NCBI GenBank assembly: GCA_937120475.1
Contig: CAKZJV010000007.1
Location: 572,068 to 636,067 of the forward strand
Reading direction: 5' to 3'
DNA length: 64,000 nt
Source: an uncultured Cryomorphaceae bacterium
Lineage (GTDB): Bacteria > Bacteroidota > Bacteroidia > Flavobacteriales > Schleiferiaceae
Both the position numbers and the translations under genes were made by a program. The notes beneath the pieces are model-generated. The model was not told the origin of the DNA, did no database searches, and was given only the letters and a program-made list of their open reading frames with translations. Below are positions 19,850 through 29,137 of this stretch, in pieces (positions within the stretch are counted from its first letter, which is position 1; each line of letters opens with the position of its first letter).

Positions 19850-20455
19850 GATTTTGAATTTGATTACCTACTCATAAGGCTTTTCAGTTGCCGCCTTCTG
19901 CATTTAATCTTACAGAAAAGATTCGTTTTTTAAAGTGGGTTCTGCTCCACCTTTTCAAAAGTTTTCGATGGTTCAAAGATGGCTGGACTTATACCTCCAG
20001 GAAAGAGTGAAATCCTCGATATTTTGAATAAGCGTATTTATACCTGTAAACGGTAGATTATACGCGCTAATTGGTTGTCTGGCTCAGGTAAAATTCTACA
20101 CAATGAGGGTATCTGAACAAAAAAAAGCCCCCTGAACCCGAATTCCCGGGACGGAGGGCTCCTAAAGTCTAAACCCTTATGATTCAAACTTTAAAGCTGC
20201 ACGGTAAATATTTTAAAGCAACGTTGTCTCTTCTTTCACAACTGGTATAAATCAGGGTTCAAAGATTGAACTATTGTAAATAAGTAGTAAGCGTATTTAT
20301 ACCGGATTTACACCACCGAATTATACGTATTGAAGAAAGTATTTAAGTTGAGATATACGTATTTCTACGCATTCCGGGAAATCACCCTTTTTTCACCTTG
20401 TGACTCTCCAAACACCTTTGAATCTTTGAATCTATAACCATAAGAACAAAAAATC

Positions 20456-21298
20456 ATGTTTAAAGTAATCCCTAATGGTAGTCCTGAAGAGCAAAGCCTC
20501 GGGAACCAAATCAAAAAGTGGAAGGAACTACCACCGCTGGACACCACCCCCGTTTTCCTTGAGTTCTTTGAGGAGCAAGGTCAAGGCAATTCCAATTACC
20601 CGAACCAATGGAGTAAAATACAAGGCATCAATTATGGCACAACGCCAATACCGTGTACCGTGCTGAATAAAATCATTGATGCCAGCACGGTATGGTTACA
20701 TCTTGGGATCACTGAAAACTCAGAAGGACCCAGCTTCAATATTATTTTTCAAACTGTAAACGATAATGGTGAAGAGCATTACATCTCAGACGATTCTTTC
20801 AATACTTATATTTATGACATTGAAGAAAGGGAATCACACAGCAAGCAGCGATTTGGAATATCTCCTGAATTGCGTAACCGCTTAGCCTACGACTGGCTTA
20901 TATGGGCGATGCCCCTGGAATCTGCGTTCTATGCCCTGACTCCCAAAAAAATGGAAGGAAACGAACAAAACACGTCTCTGAGCCGCATAGGAAATCATAG
21001 CTGGGTACGGGTTCATAAATTCGGGGTTACCCATCACAACCTTGACATGTTTAAGCAGTCCCTGGGGTGGAACCCTGACACAGCGTATAACTGCGAAAAC
21101 CTCCAGAGCAATTACACGGTAAATGTGCATTTTGGTTTAACTCCCAGTAACTACCTTATTGATAAGCCCATGTTTAATATTATAGTGAAGATCACGGAGC
21201 AGTCAAAGGTTGCAAACCCTGAAATTATAGCAACCACCTACCTGGACTTTGTAGGAGCCTGCCCCCCGGCCTGTTCCGGTAACGGTGGCACTGCTTAA
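20456..21298 (+). CDS. hypothetical protein (280 aa)
   Basis: ORF preceded by about 600 nt of non-coding DNA. No motif recognised. Confidence 0.5.
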   Translation: MFKVIPNGSPEEQSLGNQIKKWKELPPLDTTPVFLEFFEEQGQGNSNYPNQWSKIQGINYGTTPIPCTVLNKIIDASTVWLHLGITENSEGPSFNIIFQTVNDNGEEHYISDDSFNTYIYDIEERESHSKQRFGISPELRNRLAYDWLIWAMPLESAFYALTPKKMEGNEQNTSLSRIGNHSWVRVHKFGVTHHNLDMFKQSLGWNPDTAYNCENLQSNYTVNVHFGLTPSNYLIDKPMFNIIVKITEQSKVANPEIIATTYLDFVGACPPACSGNGGTA

Positions 21299-21352
21299 TT
21301 AGCAATACAAATTATTAATACCTTAATCCCGTGTAGCTTATACGCGGGATTT

Positions 21353-22003
21353 ATGGACTCTCACATTATGATCTTGGTTAGAATATCTCAAGCAGCCGTA
21401 TTAGTGCCCTTGGTGATTGGTTTTTTACGTAAAAAGCTACTTAACCGGGAACAAAAGCTATTGTTGCTGTTGGCCAGCATAAGCCTGCTCTCCGAGATTA
21501 GTGCCTTTATATTGGACTTTCATTTTTCACTCAACAACTTGCTGATCTACAACTGCTACAACATCATTTGGTTTATCATATTAATACTGATTTACCGTAA
21601 GGTTTTAAGGTACTATTTCTTTCCGCACCTGCACATTTTTCTGATAGGAGGTTTCCTGCTTTTTGCCGTTGGTAATATGATGCTCCTGCAGCCCCCTTCT
21701 GCTTTCAATACGAATAGCATAGGCCTGGCCTTAAGTATATTTATGATATTGTCACTTTTATTCTTTCATAAAGACCTTACCTCCAATGTAAATCTTACCA
21801 TGAAAAACCGGCCTCTGCTGTGGTTAAATACCGGTATTTTTCTGTACAGTTCCGGCACCTTACTGTTGTTTTTGTTCATAAACCAAATTATTGAATCTGG
21901 TAGTGAAATTATGATCTGGTTATGGGGCCTTAATGCCTTTCTCAACATCCTGCTAAACGCTTTTTACGCTATGGCCCTGGGTATAAAGCCTGCCGCACCA
22001 TGA
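21353..22003 (+). CDS. multi-TM membrane protein, possibly the split-off or translationally coupled sensor module of the downstream kinase
   Basis: Six to seven hydrophobic helices. Its stop codon overlaps the start of the kinase gene in an ATGA arrangement. Confidence 0.5.
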   Translation: MDSHIMILVRISQAAVLVPLVIGFLRKKLLNREQKLLLLLASISLLSEISAFILDFHFSLNNLLIYNCYNIIWFIILILIYRKVLRYYFFPHLHIFLIGGFLLFAVGNMMLLQPPSAFNTNSIGLALSIFMILSLLFFHKDLTSNVNLTMKNRPLLWLNTGIFLYSSGTLLLFLFINQIIESGSEIMIWLWGLNAFLNILLNAFYAMALGIKPAAP

Positions 22004-22770
22004 GCCAGGAGGAGCTGTTACTTTCCGGTATGCTGGGCATGCTAAGCCTGGCACTGGCCCTGGTTTTCATTTACCTGGCCTACCAGCGCAGGTTATTGCG
22101 CCAGCAAAAAGAACATCAGCAAAAGGAAAGCCAATACCAGCAGCAACTTTTAAGGGCCAGCCTCATGAGTCAGGAAAAGGAGCGCAACCGTATTGGTAAA
22201 GACCTGCATGATGAAGTGGGCGTTATGCTCACCACGGCCAAACTGTATATGAATCACTTGAGCGCTGATCAGGAGGAGGAAGAGTTTTACCAACTGAAGC
22301 ATAAAACGGTACAACTGGTGAGTGAAACCATAAACAGTATGCGCAGGATTTCCCACGGACTCCGGCCGGTGGTACTGGAACGCCTGGGCCTGGAAAACGC
22401 CATCGCCAACCTGGTAGATCAGATTCAAGGTTCGGGAGCACTATCCGTTTCATTTAGTGCTGAAATTCAGGGAGATATGGACCAGGAGTTTCAACTCAAT
22501 TGGTACCGTATTATCCAGGAGCTGATGAACAATACCGTAAAACACGCTCACGCTACCCAAATTTCCCTGCACTTAAAGGTCAATAACCATAACGTGGTTT
22601 TGCGCTACGAAGACAATGGTATCGGGCTTTCCGAATATTCAGACCTGAGCCAGGGCTTGGGCATACGCAATTTGGAGAGCCGGCTGAGCCTTATGAAAGG
22701 GAAGCTGGAAGTACTGGATACGGAAGATAGCGGTTTAGCCCTGAAAGTGACCTCTGCCATCAAACCTTAA
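22000..22770 (+). CDS. sensor histidine kinase, HisKA_3 (NarL-partner type)
   Basis: One TM helix. H-box LHDEVGVMLT (HDxxG). HATPase_c region with N and G boxes. Confidence 0.75.
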   Translation: MSQEELLLSGMLGMLSLALALVFIYLAYQRRLLRQQKEHQQKESQYQQQLLRASLMSQEKERNRIGKDLHDEVGVMLTTAKLYMNHLSADQEEEEFYQLKHKTVQLVSETINSMRRISHGLRPVVLERLGLENAIANLVDQIQGSGALSVSFSAEIQGDMDQEFQLNWYRIIQELMNNTVKHAHATQISLHLKVNNHNVVLRYEDNGIGLSEYSDLSQGLGIRNLESRLSLMKGKLEVLDTEDSGLALKVTSAIKP

Positions 22771-22780
22771 AATTAAAATC

Positions 22781-23428
22781 ATGATTCATGTAGCCATTAT
22801 TGATGATCATAAACTCTTCCGGGAAGGCATCAGCTTCCTGGTAAACCAAATGAACGGTATTTCAATGACACTGGAAGCTTCTCGCTACGATGATCTGCTG
22901 GAAGGCCTGAGCCATCAAATAATGGATGTACTGCTTCTGGACCTGGATATGCCAGAGCGTGACGGACTGGAAGTATTGGAAGGTGTTCGCAAGCAATACC
23001 CGGAACTTAAGGTAGTGATCCTCACCATGCACGATGACCCGAAAATGATGGCCTACCTGATGGAAATGGGAGCCAATAGCTATCTGTTAAAGGACTGTTC
23101 AGCTGAAGAGCTGGAAAAGGCCATCCGGGCTGTAATAGAAGAGGGTTACTACTTTGGCGGGCAATTGGCACAAGCCATGATTGGTGGCCTGCAAAAACCC
23201 ACGGTAAAGAAACCCCGCCTTAAAGATTCTGAAACGGTAACCGCCCGTGAGTTGGAGGTTTTACAACTGATTTGCCAGGAATTTACCGCCCGTGAAATTG
23301 CTGAGAAACTCTACATCAGCCAGCGTACCGTGGAAGGGCACCGTAAAAACCTGCTGGAAAAACTGGGCGTTAAAAACACGGCCGGGCTGATTGTAAAGGC
23401 CATTAAGGAGGGGATTATTCAACCCTGA
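22781..23428 (+). CDS. NarL/FixJ-family response regulator (REC + LuxR HTH)
   Basis: Receiver domain (IIDDH...LLDLDMP) and a C-terminal LuxR-type HTH (EVLQLICQEFTAREIAEKLYISQRTVEGHRKNL). Confidence 0.85.
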   Translation: MIHVAIIDDHKLFREGISFLVNQMNGISMTLEASRYDDLLEGLSHQIMDVLLLDLDMPERDGLEVLEGVRKQYPELKVVILTMHDDPKMMAYLMEMGANSYLLKDCSAEELEKAIRAVIEEGYYFGGQLAQAMIGGLQKPTVKKPRLKDSETVTARELEVLQLICQEFTAREIAEKLYISQRTVEGHRKNLLEKLGVKNTAGLIVKAIKEGIIQP

Positions 23429-23531
23429 AGTCCTTCACTCAATTAATAGGCAGGTTCACAAGTTTTTTTGGCCATTTAACTTGGTTTAAAACATATTTAG
23501 GGTTTAAATCTTTTAATCAAACCTTCAAGTT

Positions 23532-24599
23532 ATGGCCACAAATCAAACAGTGCCTCTTAAACCACCTGTGAAAAACCCTCACAACGTAGAGGCCACCAAG
23601 TATTACATTTTTAATGAAACCGGGAATATCATGATGGCGAGCACCATCGATTCCAGTCAACCTCTTTCACAGGAGGTACAGGACGTATTCTCAGAGGTAT
23701 CGGTTTTCTTTGCCGGAATGTCACGGGCAATTACCAATACTATTAACCCGGAAACCAATCAACCTTTTTCACTTTACAACTATACCGCACTGGGGCGTAT
23801 CATCAGCGGTTCCGGACTATTTGTTCACGTAACGGAAGAAGATGTATTGTACCAGACTAACCAGTTTGGGGCTAACTTTAGCAAAGAACTGATCGAGTCT
23901 CTTTTAGGGTTGGCTACCGGGGCCGGTGCACTGAGTTTTGCCTCGGCTATGATTTCATCTATCGGTAATGAAGGACTAAACATCAACGGCTCTAGTTCTA
24001 CGTCTGACAGTAAAGTAGGAAATATCGTTTTTGTGTGCGAATACCTCCTGGGCATGCCCATTATAAGTGCCATTGTGGTGTATTGCGATGCCAAGGAGCA
24101 CAAGCAGCAACTGCAGTTGGGTCCTTGTTTCAAAGAGTCATCGGTGACCACTTCCTGGACTATGCATAAGGATACCTACATGTTTGTAACCCCTAAATTC
24201 ATAAACAACTATGCCGGTAATCTGGATTCCATCACCTCTGACCCCCAATACCTTGAAATGATAGAGTGGTTCAGTGGACTACTGTTACAAACACCTGAGA
24301 TCAACCAGGTGGTTAACTCCAGTTACCATGACCAGCCGGTAGAGTCGGGGTCTGAACTCGATCCAGCTAACACTTATACGCTTTTAGGTCAGTTTTTTGG
24401 CAGCAAAAAAGGAAGCCTGCAGTTTACTAATAATGCTGATAATAAAGCCAGTATTACCACCGGAAGCTGGAATACCGATGCCATTTCCTTCACCGTTAAG
24501 GGTACGCTCACCACTGCTTCGGCCATTGAAGTACTGGATGCCAGCAAAAAGGTTATTGCCACTACGGCTGAGTCCTTTACCATCACGGCCAGTTCATAG
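23532..24599 (+). CDS. hypothetical protein; paralog of the next gene in its N-terminal ~100 aa
   Basis: Shares the NETGN...AITxxxNP...SGLF block with the ORF at 24665. Confidence 0.5.
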   Translation: MATNQTVPLKPPVKNPHNVEATKYYIFNETGNIMMASTIDSSQPLSQEVQDVFSEVSVFFAGMSRAITNTINPETNQPFSLYNYTALGRIISGSGLFVHVTEEDVLYQTNQFGANFSKELIESLLGLATGAGALSFASAMISSIGNEGLNINGSSSTSDSKVGNIVFVCEYLLGMPIISAIVVYCDAKEHKQQLQLGPCFKESSVTTSWTMHKDTYMFVTPKFINNYAGNLDSITSDPQYLEMIEWFSGLLLQTPEINQVVNSSYHDQPVESGSELDPANTYTLLGQFFGSKKGSLQFTNNADNKASITTGSWNTDAISFTVKGTLTTASAIEVLDASKKVIATTAESFTITASS

Positions 24600-24623
24600 T
24601 ATACTTTCCACAATAGTTAACCA

Positions 24624-24660
24624 GTAGCGGTGGCTGGCCAGCCACCGCTACTATTACTTT
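24624..24660 (+). terminator. terminator, a perfect 30-nt palindrome
   Basis: AGTAGCGGTGGCTGGCCAGCCACCGCTACT followed by ATTACTTT. Confidence 0.55.
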
Positions 24661-24664
24661 AAAG

Positions 24665-25276
24665 ATGCAAAGCGGTTACGTTTACCATCAGCTGAATGAA
24701 ACCGGTAATATGCTTATCCGCAGTACAGAGCCGCATATACCGCGCCCTGTACAATTCCAATTTTCAAAATTCACCGTACTCTGTGCCGCTATTACCCGGG
24801 CCCTTCACAGTACCACCAATCCTGTGAGCGGAGTCCCCTACTCCATTTTTGATCCAAAGCATTTTGAAACGCTGCTGTTACGTTCGGGTCTGTTTGCCAA
24901 AACGGGTATGAAAACTATATTTTTCTCAACGCATAAAACCGGCCATGACTTTTGTTCAGAACTCGGTGAACGTCTTTTTGGCTTCAGTCCGGGATATAAA
25001 GTCACCTGCTCCATTTCATCCGTTTTAAACGGCCTTAACCTGCAAATAGAGAAAATGAAAAAGGACGGTAATATTGAAAGGACGCGTATTGGTCACTGCG
25101 TTTTTATTTTAAACTACCTGGATCAAAAAACCAGTATTGAAGCCCGGTTTACCTCTGTGGACTACCATAGCCACCAAAAACAAATCGAGAAAGGGGTTTG
25201 CCAGTCAGGAAAGAATGAGGAAAGCTTTTGGATCATTAGAGTGGATAAGTACCGGTTAGGGTCTTACCTAAAATGA
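24665..25276 (+). CDS. hypothetical protein (203 aa), paralog of the N-terminal domain of the 23532 gene
   Basis: NETGNM...AITRALHSTTNPV...SGLF alignment with the upstream protein. Confidence 0.5.
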   Translation: MQSGYVYHQLNETGNMLIRSTEPHIPRPVQFQFSKFTVLCAAITRALHSTTNPVSGVPYSIFDPKHFETLLLRSGLFAKTGMKTIFFSTHKTGHDFCSELGERLFGFSPGYKVTCSISSVLNGLNLQIEKMKKDGNIERTRIGHCVFILNYLDQKTSIEARFTSVDYHSHQKQIEKGVCQSGKNEESFWIIRVDKYRLGSYLK

Positions 25277-25308
25277 AACCTTTTGGATACTTACAATCCA
25301 AAAGGTTT
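25276..25308. terminator. bidirectional terminator hairpin between converging genes
   Basis: AAACCTTTTGGAT-ACTTACA-ATCCAAAAGGTTT, a 13-bp stem overlapping both stop codons. Confidence 0.55.
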
Positions 25309-25759
25309 AGCAGGAGAGTTGGTAGAAGAGGATGGCAGCCGTAAGCACAACGGGAATTAGGTAAAAGGGCAAGAGAGTATGGGAAAACATGATCCTTAAG
25401 GTACTTGGGGGATCAGTTATTTTTTCGGGCTGCCGATCAAGGGTTTTTAGATCGTATAGATATTGATCCATTGTAGGGCGGTGTTGTATCAACCATTCGT
25501 AGATTCTGCGGAACTTGCGCTCTTTTTGTAAAAAGAAGGCATCCAGGTACCAGAAGCAAAATACCGGCACTAACAAACTGAGCGAAAGCAATAAGCCTAC
25601 GATACTCTTTTCCAGCAGCAAAGCATCTTTACCCAGCACAATAACGGCCATAAAAATACCGATGGCCCATCCTTTTACTTTAAAGGCATTATCAGCCATG
25701 CGCTTGATCGCGTCTTGTAATAAGTCCAGTTCTTTATGAATTTGTTCTTGTGTGGGCAT
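25307..25759 (-). CDS. small multi-TM membrane protein, putative effector partner of the TIR protein
   Basis: 150 aa. Soluble ~30-aa N-terminus followed by two or three hydrophobic helices. The gene overlaps the upstream LRR-Roc-COR-TIR gene by 26 nt, so they form an operon. Confidence 0.55.
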   Translation of the reverse strand: MPTQEQIHKELDLLQDAIKRMADNAFKVKGWAIGIFMAVIVLGKDALLLEKSIVGLLLSLSLLVPVFCFWYLDAFFLQKERKFRRIYEWLIQHRPTMDQYLYDLKTLDRQPEKITDPPSTLRIMFSHTLLPFYLIPVVLTAAILFYQLSC

Positions 25760-28700
25760 CGTCTTTTGGTTGGTTTTCTTCTAAAGGTTCTGTTTTGTAG
25801 CGGTGGGGTTCTTTAATGGCTTTTTCAAGGTATTGGATCACCTTCGTCCAGGCTTCATCCCTATCGGTATGGGCGGTTACGGGTTTCGCCTTTAGCGGCA
25901 TATTGATCTCGGCAAAGGGCAATTCATCTATCACGCAATGGCGCAGCATTACAGGCATCACCACTATTTCCTTGGCGTAATGCTCATCTTCTCCTTTATG
26001 ACGTTTCATAGTAATGGAAAGTTCTTCGGTCCAGATGTAATCGGTGGCAATGAAATCGGAGGACACCAACAAGATGATCACATCGGCTTTCTCCAACTCT
26101 TCCTTAATGCGAGGGTCCCAGTTTTCCCCGGCCAGCAATTCTCGGTCGTGCCAGGAGGAGATCAAACCTCTGCGTTTGAGGCTCATCAGGTGCTTATCCA
26201 GTTCTTCACGGTACAGGCTGTCTTTGGAAGAATAGGAAATAAACACCTTTTTCATGCGGAATTGTAGGGGTTTTACCACCTTCAAAATCTCCTCAAACTG
26301 GTTGATCTCAAAACGCCTGACTCGCTTTAAGGGCCGATTGTGCTCCTCTGCTTTTAAAACCTCATGCTGAAAAACGTGGATGTTGTTTTCCACTTTAGTG
26401 AGTAAGAGGTGCAGTGGAATAAAATTCTCTCCACCGGGGCTTACCTCCAGGTTTACAAAGGGATGTTCACGATAATGAAATTCCCAATCAAATTCATTTT
26501 GAAGTTGATAGGATACACCATCTCGACCTTGAATAATAGTTTGAGATTTTAAAGGGAAACCTTCGGTTAATCTCATACTTGTATTTATTAGGTCTATAGT
26601 ATCCAAAACGGATAGTAGTAAGCGGGAGGGTTTGCCCTGCTGCTCCACCTGGTAAAACTCAATCACGTTCAACGCACGGTTTAGCTTCACCATCAGGCTC
26701 TCGGTTTTCTTATCTTCATTTTCCCGGCTTAGTATAAAACCGTTGCGCCAGTAGGCGTATTTGCGCCCTCCCTTAGCATCATGGTACTTAAAATCCGCTT
26801 TCAGATCTGAAAAAATGCGAATGATGAAGTTGCGGTGTAAAAAGCCCTGGTAGTTGTATCGGTATAAAGCCCGTTTAAAATGGGGTAAGAACAAACGGGT
26901 GGAAGTATCGGCTTCCAGGCTGAGGTATTGCGGAGCTACGTAACGATCACCCAGCTTAAAAACGATCTGGTTTTTATCTAGAAAATGTTTCACTAGTTGA
27001 ATTACCTCCGGTTTTTCGCTTTTTAGAGCCCTGTTCAGGTGCTCCTGATCAAATTCACCGGCTTCCAGGCCACGCGCAGTTTTGGCCACGGAGTGGCTTA
27101 GCACTTTGTAGATCCTTTGGGACAATTCCTTTGGCTTCAGTACCACATAGTCCTCTGTCTCTTCACTACCTTTCTTTTTAAGCCGGGCGGTCAGCACCAG
27201 GCCTTTCACTTCCATTACCTGTAATGCCGTGAATAAACTATTGTTATCTTCCCCAGGGACCTGGAACAGTTGGGTTAAATCCTCTTTGCGGACATACCAG
27301 GGAAAGGCTTCCACTTGTTTTACTTTTCCGGTTTTTTCCAGCCCCACCCCCTGCAACAGGCGGTTGCGGATGGCTTTATGGCCTTCCAGTATGGTACCGG
27401 CCAAACCGGGGATGAGGTCATTTAATAACACCGGCACCAGGCCAATACGGTGTGGATCATCCGGGTTCAACGAAAGTTCTATGGCGGTATCTATAAAGGA
27501 AAAGTACTTTTTCAGATGGAGAGTATCCACTCCGGATGCAGCCGGTTTAGCGGGCTTCTTATCGACTTTCGCTTCTTCTTTTTCCACCTTCTCTTTAGGG
27601 AAGCTGTTTTGCAGTAACAGCAAGCTGGTGGCATCTTCCAATGCCTCATCCGTATTGGTATGTTTTTTATACGATAGAGAAGAAAAATAATTTACCGCAC
27701 CCAGCCAATACTCCACCGGAAAATTTTCGTTTTTCAGGCGCTGATCATTTTCGATGGGCTCGTAAAAATTGCGATCCGGCCGCCACAGTAACAGGTACAG
27801 GCTGTTGTGGCTGAAAAAGAGGTGGTGGGTATCGTGGTAATATTCCTGCCCGCCAAAATCAAACAGGTTCAGGTAGTACTCCGTAGAACCTAGTTTATAC
27901 GGAAACCGTTTGATGGCCAAGCCGTGCGTACTTTTTTGTTTGCGGGTTTTCACGTTCTTCACTTGTAACCGCGACAAGTAATCCGCCAGGGTAGTTTTAC
28001 CGCTGCTACCGTTGCCGATGAGCAATACTTTTAATTCATTATCCGGTACTTTTTGTTCTCCTTCCTCCAAACGTTGAAAATAATCCAGTACCGCCTCCCT
28101 ACCCGCTTCTATTTTTTCCAGTAAATCAGCTGCTAAGGGATTATTCTTCAAAATGACCCCTCCCTCGTTAAGCTTCCATTCTATTTTAAACGCCAGCTTT
28201 TCGTTTCCTTCCAGAAGGGGTATAAGCGGCCGTACATCCTCAATTTTATTATGGGAGAGATCAAGTTCGGTCAACTGGCTCAGCCCGGATAAGGGACGGA
28301 TATCGCTAATTTTATTACTGGAAAGAAGTAGTAAGGTCAACTGGCTCAGGCCAGATAAGGGGCGGATATCGCTGAGTTTATTCTCGGAAAGACCAAGTTG
28401 GTTCAACTGACTCAGACCGGATAAGGGTTTGATATCGCTGATTCGATTCCCGGAAAGATCAAGTCGGGTCAACTGGCTTAGCCCGGATAAAGGGCTGATA
28501 TTATCAAGCTGATTCCCGGAAAGATCAAGTTCGGTCAACTGGCTCAGGTCGGATAAGGGACGGATATCGATGAGTTGATTCCCGGAAAGGTCAAGTTCGG
28601 TCAACTGGCTCAGACGCGATAAGGGGCGCATATCGCTGAGTTGATTATAGGAAAGACCAAGTTGGTTCAACTGGCTCAGCCCGGATAAGGGGCTGATACT

Positions 28701-28952
28701 ATCAAGCTGATTCCCGGAAAGATCAAGTTCGGTCAACTGGCTCAGGCCCGATAAGGGTTTGATATCGATGAGTTGATTATTGGAAAGATCAAGTTCGGTC
28801 AACTGGCTTCCCAGTTTTTCAATTTCTTCGGGAATACGTTGCAAGCGCAGTGCGCTTAAATCTAAATTATCTGCTTTACTTTGATATGCGTCTTCTATGC
28901 GCCTGAGCGCTACATCATAAGCGGAATCATCTTTATCACTGTTTTTTTGCAC
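25734..28952 (-). CDS. LRR-Roc(GTPase)-COR-TIR multidomain protein (ROCO-family protein with a C-terminal TIR domain)
   Basis: About nine 22-aa leucine-rich repeats (LSGLSQLTELDLSGNQL). Roc G1 motif GNGSSGKTT and G3 motif DFGGQE. Long COR-like middle region. C-terminal TIR (KVFISYSSKD...SWHD...ILLVS...WTEEL). Confidence 0.8.
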   Translation of the reverse strand: MQKNSDKDDSAYDVALRRIEDAYQSKADNLDLSALRLQRIPEEIEKLGSQLTELDLSNNQLIDIKPLSGLSQLTELDLSGNQLDSISPLSGLSQLNQLGLSYNQLSDMRPLSRLSQLTELDLSGNQLIDIRPLSDLSQLTELDLSGNQLDNISPLSGLSQLTRLDLSGNRISDIKPLSGLSQLNQLGLSENKLSDIRPLSGLSQLTLLLLSSNKISDIRPLSGLSQLTELDLSHNKIEDVRPLIPLLEGNEKLAFKIEWKLNEGGVILKNNPLAADLLEKIEAGREAVLDYFQRLEEGEQKVPDNELKVLLIGNGSSGKTTLADYLSRLQVKNVKTRKQKSTHGLAIKRFPYKLGSTEYYLNLFDFGGQEYYHDTHHLFFSHNSLYLLLWRPDRNFYEPIENDQRLKNENFPVEYWLGAVNYFSSLSYKKHTNTDEALEDATSLLLLQNSFPKEKVEKEEAKVDKKPAKPAASGVDTLHLKKYFSFIDTAIELSLNPDDPHRIGLVPVLLNDLIPGLAGTILEGHKAIRNRLLQGVGLEKTGKVKQVEAFPWYVRKEDLTQLFQVPGEDNNSLFTALQVMEVKGLVLTARLKKKGSEETEDYVVLKPKELSQRIYKVLSHSVAKTARGLEAGEFDQEHLNRALKSEKPEVIQLVKHFLDKNQIVFKLGDRYVAPQYLSLEADTSTRLFLPHFKRALYRYNYQGFLHRNFIIRIFSDLKADFKYHDAKGGRKYAYWRNGFILSRENEDKKTESLMVKLNRALNVIEFYQVEQQGKPSRLLLSVLDTIDLINTSMRLTEGFPLKSQTIIQGRDGVSYQLQNEFDWEFHYREHPFVNLEVSPGGENFIPLHLLLTKVENNIHVFQHEVLKAEEHNRPLKRVRRFEINQFEEILKVVKPLQFRMKKVFISYSSKDSLYREELDKHLMSLKRRGLISSWHDRELLAGENWDPRIKEELEKADVIILLVSSDFIATDYIWTEELSITMKRHKGEDEHYAKEIVVMPVMLRHCVIDELPFAEINMPLKAKPVTAHTDRDEAWTKVIQYLEKAIKEPHRYKTEPLEENQPKDDAHTRTNS
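28150..28860 (-). repeat. in-frame tandem 66-bp coding repeats (LRR units) with very high nucleotide identity
   Basis: Repeated ...ggaaagatcaagttcggtcaactggctcagcccggataaggg... units seen directly in the sequence. Confidence 0.7.
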
Positions 28953-29087
28953 TACTTAAGGTTTGGCTTTTAGTATTGGTTTTAATACACCTTCACTTGG
29001 TTTTGGTGCACCAGGGTTTTAAAGTCACCATACAACTTCACTTTATTTCGGTGTACAAAGGGCTTTAAAGATCATTATTTTTTTGCT

Positions 29088-29131
29088 AAAAAAGATCAAA
29101 AGCCCCGCCAGGTTTTCAGAACCTGACGGGC
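29088..29131 (-). terminator. rho-independent terminator downstream of rtcB
   Basis: GCCCGTCAGGTT-CTGAAA-AACCTGGCGGGGC hairpin followed by a T-run on the minus strand. Confidence 0.55.
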
Positions 29132-29137
29132 CTATGT

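Noticed and set aside
20121-20160. cccgaattcccggg-containing hairpin considered as a tRNA fragment or att site
   Set aside because: No T-loop or D-loop consensus. It is better explained as an intrinsic-terminator-like hairpin preceded by an A-run (minus-strand orientation).
28150-28860. Regular 66-bp repeats that superficially resemble a CRISPR-like array
   Set aside because: The repeats are contiguous with no spacers and lie in-frame inside a long ORF encoding leucine-rich repeats. They are coding tandem repeats, not CRISPR.
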